64,000 nucleotides of DNA. Source: an uncultured virus (IMG/VR IMGVR_UViG_3300048547_000618) (taxonomy: Duplodnaviria; Heunggongvirae; Uroviricota; Caudoviricetes). The stretch's first letter is position 1. Each line of letters starts with the position of its first letter. This document shows positions 55,717 through 64,000 of the stretch, one piece after another. The position numbers were made by a program, and so were the translations under genes. The stretch lies in the IMG/VR virus record IMGVR_UViG_3300048547_000618; one strand, written 5' to 3'. Below the pieces are notes generated by a model, which was not told where the DNA came from, made no database searches, and worked only from the letters and a program-made list of their open reading frames with translations.

Positions 55717-55745
55717 ATACTATCTGATTCGCGATAGAATGTCAA
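55717..55745 (-). promoter_or_regulatory. Early promoter with GANTC in the spacer
   Basis: TTGACA-ttctatcgcGAATCaga-TAGTAT. Confidence 0.8.
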
Positions 55746-55748
55746 TAG

Positions 55749-56159
55749 TTATTTAAATACTTCATTAAAAAATATGTCTGACATTACTGTTTCTAATTCG
55801 TATGCTTCTTTTTCCCACGGTAAAGAATAGTAATCTCCGTCAAATGGTTCGCCATTCCAACGCGATGGCGCTTTGCCTTCACCTATTTCAAGCTCACCAT
55901 TTATGTATTGCTTTGCATGGACAAACTCGTGAAAGAGTGTTGTGATTACCATTTTCTTTTTAAGTTTTGGATTAACAAATAATGTTATACCATCTTCTTC
56001 ATCATAGTCACAATATCCAGCGCATTCGTTATCAAACTCGCCACCAAAATCTATTTCAACTGACTCATCTATTTCAAGAAAGTCAGATGCAAACAATACA
56101 GCCTTATCCATAAGTTCATTAGATATCCATCTTGGTTTTCCATAGCTAACATAGTACAT
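55749..56159 (-). CDS. HExxH zinc metallopeptidase-like protein (paralog of 54355-54741)
   Basis: FHEFVHAKQY...PWEKEA. Confidence 0.7.
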   Translation of the reverse strand: MYYVSYGKPRWISNELMDKAVLFASDFLEIDESVEIDFGGEFDNECAGYCDYDEEDGITLFVNPKLKKKMVITTLFHEFVHAKQYINGELEIGEGKAPSRWNGEPFDGDYYSLPWEKEAYELETVMSDIFFNEVFK

Positions 56160-57508
56160 TATGAATCCAACTCGTCAAGATCTGTTGTGAATTGTTTTGC
56201 TGGTGTTGTCTTGGACCAAAACTTAAGATCCTTTTCAGCCTCTTTGATTTCTTTTTCTAATGCTTTTACCATTTCTTGCGTAAGACTTAGTATATTAATA
56301 CGGAGACAACGGTCAACATCGTCAAGGTTGCGTACTGCATCTGTTTGTTTATAAATCTGCTCAGCTACGTCAGCTTTCTTTTGATTTTTAAACTCAATAC
56401 GATTGTCAAGTACTGCTTGAATGAATTGCATTTTAACGTTCAGCCAACGCATTTCTTCTTCAGCTTCTTTCTTGCGCAAATCAATACGCTGCTGAAGAAC
56501 ACCCATACGAAATTCACAAAAGTCTTTGATGAGTTGCCGTTCGTCTTTATATTCACGCAGCTTTCCGTCAAATCCAATTACTGTTAAGTTTTCAGTTAAT
56601 GGCTTTGATAGCTTAAATTTTGAAATAATTTTTACGTTAGTCCACGTTGATGAGCTGTTCTGTTTTAGTTTAACTTCAAATTTAAAACCAGATTTATCGC
56701 AAAGATCTTCATAAGAAACGATATCTCCGTCTTCCTCTAACTTGTCAAGTACCTTAACATAGCCTTCTCTGTCAAAGCCATATGGTACTTCAGTTATTTC
56801 TAATACTGTTTTACTCTTCTTTTCAAAACAACCAAGAACTGTGTATTTATCATCAGTTTTGTCATAGTTTACGGTACCTTTGAAGTCCGGAAAGGACACT
56901 GGAAGCCTTTTGGATATATTACCATACGTCACATATTCGCGACAGGCACGAGAAAGTGCATCAGCGCTTCGAGGTAATATGTTTGTAGCAAAACCAGTTG
57001 CGATACCTTTAGTTCCATTAGTCAACACGAGTGGAATAACTGGAATATAAAACGAAGGAGGTTCGTGTTCAGGATCGCTATGTTGTGGAGATAGATCTAA
57101 ATCACGAATATACTTTTTGAAGTTTTGGTGTAAACGAGTGTAAACATAACGAGCTGCACCAGGCTCTTGAACTAACCGAGTACCAAACGATCCTCGTCCT
57201 TCAACTAAGCAGACATTATTGTTCCACTCTGCAGCCATAAGTTGACCGGCACCAGCTGCGCTTGCTTCACCGTGGTTGTATCCGTAGTCTGATATAATAC
57301 CAGCAACCGCAGACACCTTTTTGAAATCGTTTTTAGAATTTAGGATTGATGAATATAAGTAGAAACGCTGAACAGGTTTCAATCCGTCAATCATATTTGG
57401 AATAGCACGACTTTCAACTGTGTACATAGCAAACGAAAGCCATTCGTTTTTCGCAACAGATGAAATTGGATATTCTTTTTCTGCTTTTGCAAAATCAAGT
57501 ATACTCAT
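56159..57508 (-). CDS. gp52: DNA topoisomerase II, GyrA-like subunit (T4 gp52)
   Basis: RAIPNMIDGLKPVQR, YNHGE, AARY (catalytic Tyr) and GIATGFAT. Confidence 0.95.
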   Translation of the reverse strand: MSILDFAKAEKEYPISSVAKNEWLSFAMYTVESRAIPNMIDGLKPVQRFYLYSSILNSKNDFKKVSAVAGIISDYGYNHGEASAAGAGQLMAAEWNNNVCLVEGRGSFGTRLVQEPGAARYVYTRLHQNFKKYIRDLDLSPQHSDPEHEPPSFYIPVIPLVLTNGTKGIATGFATNILPRSADALSRACREYVTYGNISKRLPVSFPDFKGTVNYDKTDDKYTVLGCFEKKSKTVLEITEVPYGFDREGYVKVLDKLEEDGDIVSYEDLCDKSGFKFEVKLKQNSSSTWTNVKIISKFKLSKPLTENLTVIGFDGKLREYKDERQLIKDFCEFRMGVLQQRIDLRKKEAEEEMRWLNVKMQFIQAVLDNRIEFKNQKKADVAEQIYKQTDAVRNLDDVDRCLRINILSLTQEMVKALEKEIKEAEKDLKFWSKTTPAKQFTTDLDELDS

Positions 57509-57522
57509 TATATTTCCTTTGT

Positions 57523-57561
57523 GATTCTATATATTCTACACTATTTGAGTGTAGATGTCAA
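57523..57561 (-). promoter_or_regulatory. Sigma70-type promoter for gp52 with downstream GANTC
   Basis: TTGACA-N17-TAGAAT, then GAATC. Confidence 0.7.
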
Positions 57562-57696
57562 CCGATAATTGCAATACACTTTCCAAGCTTCCCACAAACT
57601 GTATGATATAATGGGACCGATAAATGGAAAGAAGAAAAAGTTTAGTATTAGCCACGCACAAAAGGTTGCAGCTAGTATATCATACCATTCTATCAT
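57541..57696 (-). CDS. Small membrane protein between the topoisomerase genes (51 aa, not in ORF track)
   Basis: MIEWYDILAATFCAWLILNFFFFPFIGPIISYSLWEAWK...; ATGA overlap with the gp39 stop. Confidence 0.55.
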   Translation of the reverse strand: MIEWYDILAATFCAWLILNFFFFPFIGPIISYSLWEAWKVYCNYRLTSTLK

Positions 57697-59522
57697 GCAA
57701 ACATATACTCCTTACGTAATGCTGAGTCTTTACCAAACATCATTTGAAAAATACTTGCATCATCGACCGTAACAGTATCATATTGTGGATCGTTAATAAT
57801 ACTATCATATTCGTTTTCAGTTAATGAACCGAGGCCCTTAATGTAACGGTGTTTCCAATTTGGATTTTTTTGTTTATGATCGTTTGCGCTATCGTAATCG
57901 TAAAACCAAATAACCTTATCTTTGAACGTTGAAATCATCATAGGTGTACGAGTAATCTTTACACGTTTTTCGGTTAATAGGCGTGGCCAGAATTTGAAAA
58001 AGAATGCAATCAGCAATGGACTAATATGACCAATACCATCATGGTCAGCATCAGTTAGAGTTGCAACGCTTTCATATGTCATATTGTCAACGCTATTAGG
58101 ATTAGTAATATCAAGTCCTAAAACCGCAACGAGCTCGGAGAGTTCTTTATTCTTCAATACATCAGCAGGTTTCATATCCCACGTATTCATAATGACGCCT
58201 CGAAGTGGATATGCTCCAACCTTATTAGCATCGCGAACCTTAAGTAAGAAACCCATAGCTGAGTCACCTTCGACGATCTTTAGAGTTGCGTTTGATTTGT
58301 TGGCAGCAATATGTTTTGCAACCTTAACGCGGCGTAGGCCTTTTTGAGCAAGCGTAGCTGCACGTTTATCAGCTGCAATCTTTCTCGCAAGTTGCGCTTC
58401 GATAATAGGATCAATAAGCTCAGGAGTATTTAAAATTTTGCGAGCAAAGAATACAGCATCCTTAATACCAGCTTCAGTTGCGTGTTCTTTAACATTTCCA
58501 GTTGGGTTTGTTAGACGCTCTTTAGTTTGGCTGTCAAATTTTGGATTAGTAAAATTACGAGCAAACATAATAAACGTAAGATTACCTTTACAATGATTAC
58601 GATTAATTTCAATCTTATGTTTACGTTTAATCATAACGCACAATTCTTCAACAATGCTATTCATTACAAAATCGACATATGTTCCGCCTTGGCGAGTATT
58701 AACACCGTTTACAAAACTATTTGAACGAAAGCCATCTGACGAATGCGCAATAAAAAATGATAAGTTATCAGACTTTTCAATAATTGCTGGTTGGTCACCT
58801 ACAAACATTTTAGAATATTTTTTAAGATCGTTAACTTTAATCCGTTTCTTATTAAACGAAAATGTAATTTCAGGAAAGGCCATTTGCAAACTGATAAGAC
58901 GATCTTCAACTAAAGAAATCGTATCGTATTCATTTAGGCTATTACACTCAAATAATTCAAAATCAGGAATGAATGAAACTTCAGTTCCGTTACCTGCTTT
59001 GTCTGATACTTTTTCTTTGATTGACTCGGCACCGTTAGTACACTGAACGATTTGACATTTACCATCTCTCCATGTTTTGCCTGTAAATTTTGCAGACAAG
59101 AAATTAGTCGCCGCAGATCCTACGCCGTTCGTTCCGATGGTTACTCGCTCATCGTCAAAAGATGTACCTGCGTTGACACGCGTCCATGCTGCTGTCGCTT
59201 GAGATATTTTACTTCCTGTAGTTTCATCATAAACCAATTCATGTGGTATACCACGTCCGTTATCTGTTACGGTGATTGAGTTGTCCATTTTAATAGACAC
59301 GTCAATTTTATTTGCATATTTGAAATTAGTGCGAATTGCTTCATCTATTGAGTTATCTAAGATTTCATCAATCATTTTTGATAAAGCTGGTACGTATTCA
59401 ACTCTATCCCATTGGCCCATCATAAAACGTTCAATTGGTTCACGGGCGCTTGATCCCATGTACATACCAATGCGTTCACGAACGTGTTGACGAGCTGTTA
59501 AGATTTTAAATTGTTCAGACAT
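57693..59522 (-). CDS. gp39: DNA topoisomerase II, GyrB-like subunit (gp39+gp60 in one ORF)
   Basis: EILDNSID, DNGRGIP, GTNGVG, EGDSA, PLRG, DADHDG and YIKGLG. Confidence 0.95.
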   Translation of the reverse strand: MSEQFKILTARQHVRERIGMYMGSSAREPIERFMMGQWDRVEYVPALSKMIDEILDNSIDEAIRTNFKYANKIDVSIKMDNSITVTDNGRGIPHELVYDETTGSKISQATAAWTRVNAGTSFDDERVTIGTNGVGSAATNFLSAKFTGKTWRDGKCQIVQCTNGAESIKEKVSDKAGNGTEVSFIPDFELFECNSLNEYDTISLVEDRLISLQMAFPEITFSFNKKRIKVNDLKKYSKMFVGDQPAIIEKSDNLSFFIAHSSDGFRSNSFVNGVNTRQGGTYVDFVMNSIVEELCVMIKRKHKIEINRNHCKGNLTFIMFARNFTNPKFDSQTKERLTNPTGNVKEHATEAGIKDAVFFARKILNTPELIDPIIEAQLARKIAADKRAATLAQKGLRRVKVAKHIAANKSNATLKIVEGDSAMGFLLKVRDANKVGAYPLRGVIMNTWDMKPADVLKNKELSELVAVLGLDITNPNSVDNMTYESVATLTDADHDGIGHISPLLIAFFFKFWPRLLTEKRVKITRTPMMISTFKDKVIWFYDYDSANDHKQKNPNWKHRYIKGLGSLTENEYDSIINDPQYDTVTVDDASIFQMMFGKDSALRKEYMFA

Positions 59523-59547
59523 ATTTACTCCATTTTATATAGTATAC

Positions 59548-59613
59548 TCAAAACCAATGAGTACAATCATCGCACGGATCATCCCATTTATGCGGAATGT
59601 CGTCGTTGTCCAT
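59548..59613 (-). CDS. 21-aa peptide in the topoisomerase leader (not in ORF track)
   Basis: MDNDDIPHKWDDPCDDCTHWF with AAGGA RBS. Confidence 0.4.
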   Translation of the reverse strand: MDNDDIPHKWDDPCDDCTHWF

Positions 59614-59650
59614 ACAGATCCTTGTTTCTGTTACCGGTTACTCTATTTAT

Positions 59651-59658
59651 TATAAATA
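59651..59658 (+). promoter_or_regulatory. T4-type late promoter for gp3
   Basis: TATAAATA. Confidence 0.7.
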
Positions 59659-59661
59659 TCT

Positions 59662-59690
59662 ATACTAACTGATTCGGGACAGAATGTAAA
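59662..59690 (-). promoter_or_regulatory. Promoter with GANTC in the spacer driving topoisomerase
   Basis: TTTACA-ttctgtcccGAATCagt-TAGTAT. Confidence 0.75.
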
Positions 59691-59697
59691 TAGGAAA

Positions 59698-60189
59698 ATG
59701 AACATGCAGACAAATTATTTGAATCCAACATCCTTTTTGGTGTCTATTGAAAGAATACCAAATGTAGTATTTACAACACAACGGGCTATCTTGCCTTCGA
59801 TTTCGATGTCCGCGGTTACAACTCCTAACCCATTGAAAAATATCTATCAAGTTCCTGACCATCTTGAATATGCTGAACTTGACTTGAGTTTTATCCTCAA
59901 TGAAAACCTTGATAATTATATAGAAATTTTAAATTGGATGGAAGGTCTTGCAACTCCTGAAAATTTGGCGCAGTTCGATCGCTTAAAGAAATCAAGAGAT
60001 GGATTGAAGTCAGATATTGTAATTATCATGACGAATAGCCACAAGAACCCAAATATTGAGTTTAGGTTTAAAGATGCTTTCCCACTTACTATCTCTCCAA
60101 TCAGTTTAGATATTACACCTGGCGATATTGTAAACCCTGAAGTAACCGTAACATTCCGCCATAACGGTTTCACAATCACTCAATTATAA
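59698..60189 (+). CDS. gp3: Tail completion/sheath stabiliser (T4 gp3-like)
   Basis: NYLNPTSF...IP, LNENLDNY.EI.NW and FKDAFP; precedes uvsY. Confidence 0.8.
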   Translation: MNMQTNYLNPTSFLVSIERIPNVVFTTQRAILPSISMSAVTTPNPLKNIYQVPDHLEYAELDLSFILNENLDNYIEILNWMEGLATPENLAQFDRLKKSRDGLKSDIVIIMTNSHKNPNIEFRFKDAFPLTISPISLDITPGDIVNPEVTVTFRHNGFTITQL

Positions 60190-60192
60190 TTG

Positions 60193-60221
60193 TTGACATT
60201 CCACTGATTCTAGTGTAGAAT
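60193..60221 (+). promoter_or_regulatory. Sigma70-type promoter for uvsY-uvsW, with GANTC in the spacer
   Basis: TTGACA-ttccactGATTCtagtg-TAGAAT. Confidence 0.75.
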
Positions 60222-60247
60222 AGCAGTATAAGCTAGAGGAGTATAGT

Positions 60248-60685
60248 ATGAGCACTGATGATATCAGCGAGCTGTGGTCAAAAGATTCTAAGATTGACGA
60301 AACGAACCTTATGGGTGAATCAAAACGAATTCCTGAATTGCATAGTAAGTATTATAATTTATATTATAAGGAAGCGCTAAAAGTTAAAAAGCTTCGATAT
60401 GACTATAAAGAACTTGAAATGGCAAAGCGCGAATGGATTGATGGATCCATGGCAGAAGAAGATCTACATGACCGCGGATGGCGACCATTTCAGAAAAAAG
60501 TTATTCGCCAAGATATGGATAAATATATTCAGAGCGATAAAGATGTTATAAACTTAAGTCTTAAAATAGATTATCATTCGGTACGAGCAAACTACCTGGA
60601 AGATATCGTTAAGACAATACATAGCCGCAATTTCATTATCAAAAATATAATTGACATTATGAAATTTCAAGCTGGAGAATACTAA
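60248..60685 (+). CDS. uvsY: Recombination mediator UvsY
   Basis: W.KDSKID, IPELHSKY and IKNIID..KF.AG. Confidence 0.9.
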   Translation: MSTDDISELWSKDSKIDETNLMGESKRIPELHSKYYNLYYKEALKVKKLRYDYKELEMAKREWIDGSMAEEDLHDRGWRPFQKKVIRQDMDKYIQSDKDVINLSLKIDYHSVRANYLEDIVKTIHSRNFIIKNIIDIMKFQAGEY

Positions 60686-60948
60686 TGACAGAAATTAATA
60701 ACGTGTATGGGCATCCGATAGTGTATCCTAATAGCGAAAACATTTTACCGCCTTTGGAAAAAGAACGTGTTCGTGTTGTTGAAGCTGCCACTCGAGCTGA
60801 GATTGCTAGCCATCGAGTTAAGGAAATCGAAGAGCGGATAGAAGAGATAAATATACTCAGACAACAAGCGGTATTGCGATATGCTCCAAATGGAGATAAG
60901 ATTTTACCTGCTGTTACTGAAGGTGAATTCGTAGATATTGAAGTATAG
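60685..60948 (+). CDS. Hypothetical protein
   Basis: Coupled ORF between uvsY and uvsW. Confidence 0.65.
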   Translation: MTEINNVYGHPIVYPNSENILPPLEKERVRVVEAATRAEIASHRVKEIEERIEEINILRQQAVLRYAPNGDKILPAVTEGEFVDIEV

Positions 60949-60954
60949 GATTAT

Positions 60955-62448
60955 ATGACTGACGTTGTAAATGTTGAACAGATTAATGCTGTTTATTTGA
61001 AAGTAACCGCAGATCCTGGAACTCGTCAAGAGATTCAGCAATTCTTTTCATTTAGACCAAATAATTATCAATTTACTCCTGCATACAAAAATCGTATGTG
61101 GGATGGTTGGATCCGCTTATATCAACCTATGCGGCCAACGCTTTACGTCGGTTTGATGAAACACCTAATTAAATTCTGTGAAGACAGAGGTTATACTATT
61201 AATGCTGACGACGATCTTATACACGGTGATGATATTCCTGATGATTATGGTTATCAAATTGCTAAAGATATAAACTGTAAATTCGAGCCTCGAGATTATC
61301 AAAACGATTATATTGTTAGCGCGTTACGAGATCGCAGATCATTATCGTTATCGCCAACTTCATCAGGTAAATCATTAATCATTTATCTTATGCAACAACA
61401 TTATTATGAAACTTATGGTCATAGAACCTTAATCATTGTTCCTACAATTGGTCTTGTTCATCAGATGGCCGGTGACTTCGAAGACTATGGTTGCGATCCT
61501 AGTTTGATTTATAAAATACAAGGAGGTGTCGATAAGAATACTTCAGCTCCTATTGTTATAAGTACTTGGCAATCACTAATTAAACAGCCAAAGGATTGGT
61601 TCTCTCAATTTAAAGTTGCATTAGGAGACGAAGCTCACTTGTTCCAAGCTAAGTCTTTGCAAAAAATCATGGAAGGTTTAGACGAATGTTATTACCGACA
61701 TGGATTTACAGGTACACTAAAAACTGAGGAAAGCAAAACACACCAACTTGTTCTTGAAGGTTGCTTTGGTCCTGTTCGTCGCTTTGTTAATACTAAGGAT
61801 TTAATTGAAAGCGGAACAGTTGCAGATTTCAACATCAAAGCAATTGTTCTTTCTCATAATAACGAAACACGTAAAAAGTTTAAAGACGCTTTTAAACAAG
61901 TTAAAGAAACTCAGAAAAAGTACCCAGCTGAAAGAGAGTTTATTGTTAATAACGAAAAAAGAAACATATTCATTCGCAACTTGTTATGGTCTCTTAAAAA
62001 TCAAAATAACTTAGTGTTGTTTGATTTGGTTGAAAAACATGGTAAGATATTAGAGCCACTCCTTCGGAGAGACGATCGTCAACTACATTTTATATATGGC
62101 GCAACAAAAGGTGAAGAACGTGAACGTATTCGTCATATGATTGAAAATGATCCAATTAAGCAACATGACATTCTTGCATCGTATGGTGTATTCTCAACTG
62201 GTGTTAACCTTAAGAAATTGGATAACGTAATCTTTGCGTCTGGTTCTAAATCTGAAATCAAAGTACTTCAATCAATCGGACGGACTCTTAGGAAAGGTAA
62301 CGACGCAGATAAAGCTACGTTGTATGATATTACTGACGACCTATCAGTAGGATCGTTTGAAAACTATACTCTCAAACATTTCCGTAAACGTATTGAGATT
62401 TATGGTTCTGAACAATTCCCATATAAGATATATACAGTTAACATCTAA
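60955..62448 (+). CDS. uvsW: UvsW SF2 helicase
   Basis: PRDYQ, SPTSSGKS, DEAH, FTGT and QSIGRTLR. Confidence 0.95.
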   Translation: MTDVVNVEQINAVYLKVTADPGTRQEIQQFFSFRPNNYQFTPAYKNRMWDGWIRLYQPMRPTLYVGLMKHLIKFCEDRGYTINADDDLIHGDDIPDDYGYQIAKDINCKFEPRDYQNDYIVSALRDRRSLSLSPTSSGKSLIIYLMQQHYYETYGHRTLIIVPTIGLVHQMAGDFEDYGCDPSLIYKIQGGVDKNTSAPIVISTWQSLIKQPKDWFSQFKVALGDEAHLFQAKSLQKIMEGLDECYYRHGFTGTLKTEESKTHQLVLEGCFGPVRRFVNTKDLIESGTVADFNIKAIVLSHNNETRKKFKDAFKQVKETQKKYPAEREFIVNNEKRNIFIRNLLWSLKNQNNLVLFDLVEKHGKILEPLLRRDDRQLHFIYGATKGEERERIRHMIENDPIKQHDILASYGVFSTGVNLKKLDNVIFASGSKSEIKVLQSIGRTLRKGNDADKATLYDITDDLSVGSFENYTLKHFRKRIEIYGSEQFPYKIYTVNI

Positions 62449-62528
62449 TTATTATTTATAGAGACATAAGTCTATTATACACAGTATCCAGAGTATGTCA
62501 ACCAATATTTTCATAAAAAGGAAAAAAA

Positions 62529-63128
62529 ATGTTTATAGACTTTGGTTGCGGTTACGATCTTAGCCAATTTCAACATAAGCAAACTTATTGGCCAGTTCCA
62601 AAAGATGTTCCGTATGTTGGAATAGATCGTAGGCCGATTAAGCACAACGCGTCAAAACAATTTATAGATTTACTTGTAGCAGGATATACTCAAACGGCTA
62701 AAAACGTTTGGATAAAGAAACATGAATATTCGTTTCGTTTACATGATATATATGTGATTGATGATATCAGAAACGATATGCCTTCTTACATTATGGCAGA
62801 ACAGTTCAGGTGTGATTCCGTTTTAGAACATATACCTGAGGGCGAAGTATTTGATACTCTTGTTGGGATGTATAATAAGATAGACGATGAAGGCTCAGGC
62901 GGAATACATATTGACCTTTCAGATCATAAAAAACAAATACCGCCTACATTTGACCATTACGAAGATGATACTTGGGGTGTAGAACACCGAGAGCATTACA
63001 AAGGATTTTTTCTTAATCGTATCAAAAAAGATCAATGGATAGAATTACTTAACGAATTTTTTGTATATGAGCTGCGAGATCCAGAAGAACCATCTTTTGT
63101 ATCAGCACGCGATGTTAGAAAAAAGTAG
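62529..63128 (+). CDS. Putative SAM-dependent methyltransferase
   Basis: IDFGCG, SVLEHIP and HIDLSDH. Confidence 0.6.
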   Translation: MFIDFGCGYDLSQFQHKQTYWPVPKDVPYVGIDRRPIKHNASKQFIDLLVAGYTQTAKNVWIKKHEYSFRLHDIYVIDDIRNDMPSYIMAEQFRCDSVLEHIPEGEVFDTLVGMYNKIDDEGSGGIHIDLSDHKKQIPPTFDHYEDDTWGVEHREHYKGFFLNRIKKDQWIELLNEFFVYELRDPEEPSFVSARDVRKK

Positions 63129-63157
63129 TTGACATATTAGTATTTTTAGAATACTAT
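63129..63157 (+). promoter_or_regulatory. Sigma70-type promoter for gp55
   Basis: TTGACA-N17-TACTAT. Confidence 0.65.
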
Positions 63158-63191
63158 ATTAATATAACCACAATAAAGGAGGACACCGTCC

Positions 63192-63695
63192 ATGGCGAAA
63201 CCTCGCAAACGGAATTACGTAAACAACAAAGATCTGCTAGAAGCGTTAATCAATTACAAAAAAGATTGTGTCGAAGCAGAAGACCAAGGTGAAATAGTAC
63301 CACGCGTACCTGATTACATTGGCAAATGCATTTATCAAATCGCAACAAGACTCGCGACAAAACCAAACTTCAGTGGTTATTCGTACAAAGAAGATATGAT
63401 ATCAGACGGCATTGAAAATTGCCTACAATATATCAATAACTTTAATCCTGAAAAATCGCAGAATCCATTTGCATACTTTACGCAAATCATTTGGTACGCG
63501 TTTTTACGGCGCATTCAAAAAGAAAAGAAGCAAATGTATATTCGTTTTAAATCTTCACAAAGTATGATTGCAACTGGCGGAACGTACGCTGGCGACGAAG
63601 TGGTTCTCAATTTAAATACTAATGCTGATTATATGAATGCATTTGTTCAAGACTTTGAAGACAAATTAACTCGTGATAAAGAGAAGAAAAAATAG
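63192..63695 (+). CDS. gp55: Late-transcription sigma factor (T4 gp55)
   Basis: YVNNK, MISDGIENC and NPFAYFTQI..AFLRRIQKEKKQ. Confidence 0.95.
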   Translation: MAKPRKRNYVNNKDLLEALINYKKDCVEAEDQGEIVPRVPDYIGKCIYQIATRLATKPNFSGYSYKEDMISDGIENCLQYINNFNPEKSQNPFAYFTQIIWYAFLRRIQKEKKQMYIRFKSSQSMIATGGTYAGDEVVLNLNTNADYMNAFVQDFEDKLTRDKEKKK

Positions 63696-63782
63696 TATTG
63701 GAGAATAAATAATTTTTTCAAAACTTGACTTATATTAATTACCATATGATATACAAAATGTTTGATCTAGAAAGGTTATCAT

Positions 63783-64000
63783 ATGGTAGATCCATTTACA
63801 GCGGTTGCTGCAGCAACTGCAGCGTTCAACGGAATCAAAAAAGCAGTTTCTGTTGGTCGCGACATTCAAGACATGGCAGGTCAACTCGGCCAATGGTCAA
63901 AAGCTATATCTGATTTTAATTATGCCGCAGACAAGACTGAAAAACCAAAATGGTACAAAGCTCTTGGTAGCAAATCTAAAGCAGACGCTGTTCAAATTTG
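63783..64000 (+). CDS. Hypothetical protein, runs off the window end
   Basis: MVDPFTAVAAATAAFNGIKKAVSVGRDIQDMAGQLGQW...; RBS AAGG; promoter-like TTGACT upstream. Confidence 0.65.
   Translation, partial: MVDPFTAVAAATAAFNGIKKAVSVGRDIQDMAGQLGQWSKAISDFNYAADKTEKPKWYKALGSKSKADAVQI

Noticed and set aside
57693..59522. T4 gene 60-style ribosomal bypass or split topoisomerase
   Set aside because: The ATPase and TOPRIM parts are in one uninterrupted 609-aa ORF, the usual state outside T4 itself.
17931..59690. Recurring ~30-bp CTGATTC...TGTCAA sequence as a CRISPR repeat or mobile-element end
   Set aside because: Copies are dispersed, degenerate, always upstream of genes and have -35/-10 geometry; they are promoters. 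No repeat-spacer array is present.
1156..62014. Numerous short antisense or nested ORFs in the six-frame track (e.g. 3832-4143, 13001-13402, 39264-39632, 58654-59046)
   Set aside because: They shadow well-supported genes and show no motifs; typical off-frame artefacts.
63725..63913. 62-aa ORF from the track
   Set aside because: It overlaps a promoter-like region; the frame starting at 63783 has an RBS and a more protein-like sequence.

Overview
This is a 64-kb, AT-rich segment of a large T4-like myophage genome. The host is most plausibly a marine alphaproteobacterium, inferred from a pseudoazurin, an aa3-type cytochrome c oxidase subunit IV-like gene and GANTC-containing promoters. Core T4-type genes: sliding clamp gp45, clamp loader gp44/gp62, regA, dUTPase, Hsp20, dCMP deaminase, a gp42-type dCMP hydroxymethylase, topoisomerase II (gp39+60 fused, gp52), gp3, uvsY, uvsW, late sigma factor gp55 and three tRNAs (Pro, Leu, Arg). 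Accessory blocks: (i) a respiratory/copper auxiliary gene cluster (1-3.7 kb); (ii) a cytosine-hypermodification cluster (8.2-17.5 kb); (iii) a ~17-kb island with late-promoter motifs, holding five tandem radical-SAM enzymes, glycosyltransferases, several 2OG-Fe(II) oxygenase-like proteins, a QueC-like ATPase and a desaturase, next to a duplicated two-gene putative virion module (19.5-36.1 kb); (iv) two candidate structured ncRNAs flanking tRNA-Pro; (v) a late operon of five signal-peptide proteins that looks pilus-like (41.9-45.4 kb); (vi) a second glycan-tailoring block (47.7-52.4 kb). Regulatory signals read directly from the sequence: a family of sigma70-type promoters with GANTC at a fixed spacer position, T4 late promoters (TATAAATA) and a ROSE-like RNA thermometer upstream of hsp20. 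All protein calls rest on motif recognition by eye; no database searches were run.
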